Shown: positions 59,955 to 64,000 of the stretch, piece after piece
Numbering within the stretch: the stretch's first letter is position 1
Layout of the letters: each line of letters starts with the position of its first letter
Virus record (IMG/VR): IMGVR_UViG_3300031555_004524
Coordinates: 32,001-96,000 of that record
Source of the DNA: a virus
Taxonomy: Duplodnaviria > Caudoviricetes
DNA length: 64,000 nt
Strand: one strand, 5' to 3'
The notes under the pieces: model-generated
Told to the model about the DNA's origin: nothing
Database searches by the model: none
What the model saw: the letters and a program-made list of their open reading frames with translations, nothing else
Position numbers and translations under genes: made by a program

Positions 59955-59985
59955 TTTCCCATAGGATATTTCATCCTATGGGAAA
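59955..59985 (-). terminator. Intrinsic terminator after the endolysin
   Basis: TTTCCCATAGGAT..ATCCTATGGGAAA. Confidence 0.7.
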
Positions 59986-59999
59986 TATATTTTTATTTT

Positions 60000-61112
60000 T
60001 TAGAATCCACGCATTTTCTTAAGAAGTTTTGTGTTCTGTGAGGCTGTTCCTCTATATCCACTGATACCATATTTAGCTGCTAATTTAGCTCTATTATCGT
60101 ATCCTGAATCCTGACCGATGCTTTCTAAATAATCTACGATAGATGACCCTTTATATGTGATTTTCTTATCAGAAGAAGTACTTGTGCTTGTTGTTTTAGA
60201 ACTTCTCATAAGATTTAATAATTTAAGGTTCTGTGTAGATGTACCTTTATAATTCTTGATACCATACTGAGAAGCTAATGCTGCTCTATTGTAGTATGAA
60301 GAGTTTACGCCAATACTATCTAAATATTCTACAAGAGAGTTTCCTTTATATGTAGATGTAGAAGCAGCAGTGCTTGCAGGTTTAGTAGTAGTTGCAGGCT
60401 TAACAGTTGTTGTTTTTGAAGTTGCAGCTTCTTTAAGTTTCTTAAGAAGTTGTGCATTTTGCGCAGCTGTACCTTTATAGTTAGCAATTCCATACTGTTT
60501 AGCAAGTTTAGCTCTATTAGAATATGAACTATCCATGCCTTTATTATTCATATAGTCAACAACAGATCCACCATTGTATGAACCAGATGAAGTAGCAGGT
60601 GCAGGCGATGTAACTTTATCAGCCGCAAGTGGAAGATTCATATTTTCCCTAACCATGTTTCTAAATCTTTCCCATCCGAGATCAATTGTACGATGAGGGC
60701 AATCTTTTCCACTCCATGATTTATGAGTTACAAGTTTATCAATACCTAAACCATACTGTTTAAGTTTAGCAGCTGCAAGGATAGCAGCATTCTTTTCAGC
60801 TTTTGTAAATTTAGATCCACCACTTCTACTATAACAAATTTCAATAGATAAACTATTTCTGTTACCAGTTTTCTGTCCTGCATGGTATGCATTACGGTAA
60901 TCAGGAATGCCCTGATATGCACCCAAATCATCTACAGCATAATGGAATGATGTCTTATTATTATTCGAAATCATGTACTGCACTTCGTTACGAGCGCTAG
61001 CATTATTTGCTGTATTATGAATTGTTACTGATGTTGGATTTAACCCATACGGACATTTAATTTTAAATTTTGAAGATGGACAAATAAGCTGTGTAATTTT
61101 AATTGATGCCAT
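60000..61112 (-). CDS. Endolysin: Amidase_2 N-acetylmuramoyl-L-alanine amidase with three C-terminal cell-wall-binding repeats
   Basis: TIHNTAN, SFHYAVDD, IEIC, HKSWSGKDCP; three Y.G.S.V[DE]Y...S.Y.NRA.LA..YGI..Y.GT..QN..LL repeats. Confidence 0.9.
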   Translation of the reverse strand: MASIKITQLICPSSKFKIKCPYGLNPTSVTIHNTANNASARNEVQYMISNNNKTSFHYAVDDLGAYQGIPDYRNAYHAGQKTGNRNSLSIEICYSRSGGSKFTKAEKNAAILAAAKLKQYGLGIDKLVTHKSWSGKDCPHRTIDLGWERFRNMVRENMNLPLAADKVTSPAPATSSGSYNGGSVVDYMNNKGMDSSYSNRAKLAKQYGIANYKGTAAQNAQLLKKLKEAATSKTTTVKPATTTKPASTAASTSTYKGNSLVEYLDSIGVNSSYYNRAALASQYGIKNYKGTSTQNLKLLNLMRSSKTTSTSTSSDKKITYKGSSIVDYLESIGQDSGYDNRAKLAAKYGISGYRGTASQNTKLLKKMRGF

Positions 61113-61294
61113 TATTCATCATCCTCCTCTTCTTCATCATCGATATCGTCTTCTTCTTCACCATCATCATCTGAACCAATACCTTCTCCTTCATCATCTT
61201 CAAATTCAATGCCTTCTAATTCAGTTTTAGCTATTTCTTCATCAAAATCCTCAGCTTCAACTTCAAATTCAAGCATTTCCATAACTTCTGCCAT
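61112..61294 (-). CDS. Extremely acidic 60-aa protein coupled to the endolysin
   Basis: AGGAGG SD; more than half D/E; TAATG overlap with the amidase start. Confidence 0.65.
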   Translation of the reverse strand: MAEVMEMLEFEVEAEDFDEEIAKTELEGIEFEDDEGEGIGSDDDGEEEDDIDDEEEEDDE

Positions 61295-61318
61295 GATAAT
61301 AAATCCTCCTTTTATAAA

Positions 61319-61576
61319 TTATTTAATAACGTTTAAATCTATTCCTTCAATAACTGCTCTTTCTTCAAGATACGATGCGTATAATTTCATTGATTTAAGT
61401 TGCCCATGAAGTAAATCATAGCTGCATGATGGAGTGAAATTTAAAGTTCCATTTTTATATTTTTTTAGCATTTCACTTAATCCATCTATTCTAATTTTTA
61501 ATTGCTGGTATTCGGCTATAAATCTCTCTTTATAGTCTTCACTGTTCATCATTTTTACTGTGTCATTCAGCTTCAT
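61319..61576 (-). CDS. Conserved small phage protein (crAss001_48-like)
   Basis: DYKERFIAEYQQL..R...L...FTP.C..DLL..QL..M..Y...LE.RA..EGI pattern. Confidence 0.65.
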   Translation of the reverse strand: MKLNDTVKMMNSEDYKERFIAEYQQLKIRIDGLSEMLKKYKNGTLNFTPSCSYDLLHGQLKSMKLYASYLEERAVIEGIDLNVIK

Positions 61577-61687
61577 AAATACTTCCTCCCTCTTTATGGA
61601 ATTATATTAAATTTACTAGTCTGTTCTACATATATAGTATAAATTGGTAATTTTCAACATTCGGTTAATATAGATAATATTTGCGAG

Positions 61688-62872
61688 GTGTATAAAATGG
61701 CTAAAGTAACCAGTGCTATAGTTAAAAATATATATCCAATTATATCTTCAGCTATGCAAAAAAATACTACTAAATATAAAAAGAATTTACAGCAATTTAT
61801 AGAAGCTAGATCTAAAGAATTATATGAGATAGCTCCTTATACTAGAATATATTTTAATCAAGATGACAATGATAACTTTTTTAAATCTATAGGAATAAAA
61901 GAAGAAGAAATACGAAGAGAATTAACAAAAACATATTTCTGGAATATGAACTTTAATCCTAAAGCTGCTAAAGATCCATTTACAGTAGCCCTTATGATGA
62001 TTATAAGGTATTTTCTTATTAAGGGGGATAGAAAAAATGCTGAAATATCTGCTATATATTTGGCATTCTCTGGAAAGTTTTATCCATCTATTCATTACAG
62101 TAAATTTCCTACAGTACAACCTATTGAATATAAGCATGTAATGGATTATGTAGTAAATACTATGATGAGTCAGAAATTTGATTTAAAACGAGAAGGTAGC
62201 GTATTCGGAGCTATTAGAAGTCTATGTATAACATGGCTAAATACTTATGATGATTTATTTAAATCTGATATGGATGATGAAGATGTAGCAGATCTAATTC
62301 AACAGTTGCATGGTCGAATTAAATCATTTATGGGAAATGTAGCAGAATTATACTACAAAGCATATGAAGAAGGAAATTATATTTCATATGATTCTGATAA
62401 CGAAGATGAAGATAATTATAGAATTGCAGATACAGATTCTTTAAGAGCAGAACGTTATGTCGAACGAGCTATGGAAGAAATCAATAATAATAATATTGAT
62501 ATGAAGTTATGTAGAATGGCTAGCGATAGTAACGTTAAAATTACTGAAGTGCAATCTATAATTGAATCTATTCAATCTGATCCTAGTAATATCCCTATTA
62601 TAAAAGAATTATTGAGAATTATTGTATCTGAATATTTGGCTGATAGTAAACAAAAAGATATTGCTTCAATAGAATTTGTAAATAAATCTATTGGAAATAA
62701 ACCAAATACAAAAAATAAAAATATTCTTAGACAAAAAGAAATTATTGAAACTTGGTTAGATGAAAACTCTCCTCAATATAGAAAGAGAAAGAGTAGAGCA
62801 GCTACTAAATCATCTTATTATAAATCAGTATTAACTTACTATGTATTATTATTAAATAAAGTAAATAGATAA
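61688..62872 (+). CDS. Late helical hypothetical protein
   Basis: 394 aa; exact late promoter 61656-61668. Confidence 0.7.
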   Translation: MYKMAKVTSAIVKNIYPIISSAMQKNTTKYKKNLQQFIEARSKELYEIAPYTRIYFNQDDNDNFFKSIGIKEEEIRRELTKTYFWNMNFNPKAAKDPFTVALMMIIRYFLIKGDRKNAEISAIYLAFSGKFYPSIHYSKFPTVQPIEYKHVMDYVVNTMMSQKFDLKREGSVFGAIRSLCITWLNTYDDLFKSDMDDEDVADLIQQLHGRIKSFMGNVAELYYKAYEEGNYISYDSDNEDEDNYRIADTDSLRAERYVERAMEEINNNNIDMKLCRMASDSNVKITEVQSIIESIQSDPSNIPIIKELLRIIVSEYLADSKQKDIASIEFVNKSIGNKPNTKNKNILRQKEIIETWLDENSPQYRKRKSRAATKSSYYKSVLTYYVLLLNKVNR

Positions 62873-62880
62873 AAAAAATA

Positions 62881-62906
62881 AAGAGAGTAGGAATTCCTAC
62901 TCTCTT
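62881..62906. terminator. Bidirectional terminator (palindrome)
   Basis: AAGAGAGTAGGAATTCCTACTCTCTT. Confidence 0.75.
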
Positions 62907-62914
62907 ATAAATTT

Positions 62915-63391
62915 TTATTGTGAATTAGTATTAATAATTTTCTCTCCAAAATCAGATATATCATCATATCCTTGAAAAATTTCCCATATGTCGAAATTAC
63001 CACTATCTTCTTTTTTCACAAACACTATTCCATACATGTCAATATCTTTCACGCAGTAATTTTCTTTTATATAGTCGATATCGACTCCTGTTTCCATCTT
63101 GGAATAATATATAGTGAAATCTGTTCTATATTTCCATGCGTGTATTAATATTGCGAATAATGAACATAATGCGCACGGTAGTTGCAGAAGAATAGCTAAT
63201 AGTATAGCCTCATCAATAGGCTTAACGAAAAAATTTCTAATAACTAAGCATTCTATTATAGTAATCAATGTTATAGATATAACACCTAAGAATAAGTATA
63301 AATTGTTTGCAGTGCATACTTCTTTTGTATATATTTTTCTATTGTACATATTTTTGATATTTGCCCTTTCTGTTTCTATCTTATAAACCAA
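62915..63391 (-). CDS. Two-TM membrane protein
   Basis: Two hydrophobic helices. Confidence 0.6.
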   Translation of the reverse strand: MVYKIETERANIKNMYNRKIYTKEVCTANNLYLFLGVISITLITIIECLVIRNFFVKPIDEAILLAILLQLPCALCSLFAILIHAWKYRTDFTIYYSKMETGVDIDYIKENYCVKDIDMYGIVFVKKEDSGNFDIWEIFQGYDDISDFGEKIINTNSQ

Positions 63392-63618
63392 CTATCAGTT
63401 TCAATAAATTCTATATTCTCTAAATTAGGATTGATTTCTTTAAGTTTTTCTCGATATTTATTTATCAATTCTCCACCCCTGCCAATCATATATCCTGGTT
63501 TATCGGTACAAATTTTAATTGTTTTTCTAAAGTTAGGATACACTCCAACAAGAATAATACTTTCAACTCCTGCTTCTGTTTTCCACTGTTTAATAATATT
63601 TGCTATTTCTTTTCTCAT
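63376..63618 (-). CDS. Stand-alone type II KH domain protein (uS3-like)
   Basis: IKICTDKPGYMIGRGGELINKYREKL resembles RpsC [21 protein letters not shown]. Confidence 0.7.
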   Translation of the reverse strand: MRKEIANIIKQWKTEAGVESIILVGVYPNFRKTIKICTDKPGYMIGRGGELINKYREKLKEINPNLENIEFIETDSWFIR

Positions 63619-64000
63619 ATCCGTTTACCATTTTTAACCTTTCTATTCTTTTCTTGAATTCTGTTTTTGCCACGTATGAGATATCAGTATTTCTACGTAC
63701 CCACTCATAACCTTTTATCAAAATATCAGTTCCAATCTTTCTGCTAGCATAATCATCAGCTTCATATTCCATAATAGGAACATTAAACAATGTCCGTCTT
63801 ATAGCATCTTTTTTAGCTTGATTTGTACTATAATTGTCAATATGACCAGAATTAATATGTCCGATTTCATGACTTATCATTGCAGCTTTTACATAATCTG
63901 GCATATTAGATAAGAATCTATCTATACAAATAACATAAACCCAATTATCATTGCCAATGAGATTAAATCTTGCTACTGCTGCTAAAAGTAATCCGTTTAT
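63590..64000 (-). CDS. HExxH zinc metallopeptidase (M48/IrrE-like), 5'-truncated by the window
   Basis: SHEIGH plus EYEADDYA. Confidence 0.7.
   Translation of the reverse strand: MNGLLLAAVARFNLIGNDNWVYVICIDRFLSNMPDYVKAAMISHEIGHINSGHIDNYSTNQAKKDAIRRTLFNVPIMEYEADDYASRKIGTDILIKGYEWVRRNTDISYVAKTEFKKRIERLKMVNGYEKRNSKYY

Noticed and set aside
60010-60580. Three ~135-bp degenerate repeats
   Set aside because: They are the endolysin's cell-wall-binding repeats.
375-63637. Many short antisense or nested ORFs in the track (e.g. 375-563, 3210-3545, 14678-15085, 27331-27798, 30211-30621, 45431-45835)
   Set aside because: They are shadow frames of well-supported genes, without SD or motifs.
1-64000. 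Stop-codon reassignment, tRNA/rRNA genes, chimallin
   Set aside because: Long genes are intact under code 11 with TAA, TAG and TGA all used as stops; no tRNA/rRNA or recognisable ChmA was seen, although a remote homolog could be missed.

Overview
This strongly AT-rich 64 kb window comes from a jumbo myophage of the AR9/PBS1-like type and uses the standard genetic code. The host is probably a spore-forming Firmicute, inferred from a Spo0A homolog, a clostridial-type dUTPase and an Amidase_2 endolysin. It encodes T4-like head and tail genes (prohead protease, terminase, portal, sheath, tube) and pieces of two split multisubunit RNA polymerases. It also encodes a split family-B DNA polymerase, SF2 helicase, SbcC/Rad50, NAD-dependent ligase, RecA and a tubulin/FtsZ homolog. 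Two observations stand out. (1) A 1995-nt group I intron (48004-49998, minus strand) interrupts the conserved RFG|EME motif of the RNAP beta C-terminal subunit. It carries a catalytically intact TnpB and an omegaRNA-like scaffold but no TnpA and no classical homing endonuclease. The tnpB gene has its own phage late-promoter motif, so this is a candidate RNA-guided homing intron. (2) A short linear motif, LFxK[I/F/L], occurs about 12 times in termini or linkers of 9 unrelated replication/transcription proteins and was not seen in virion proteins. It is a candidate docking or targeting code. Early (TATATTAT) and late (AACA-N6-TAA) promoter motifs and many intrinsic terminators are also visible. 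All family calls come from motif recognition by eye, not database searches.
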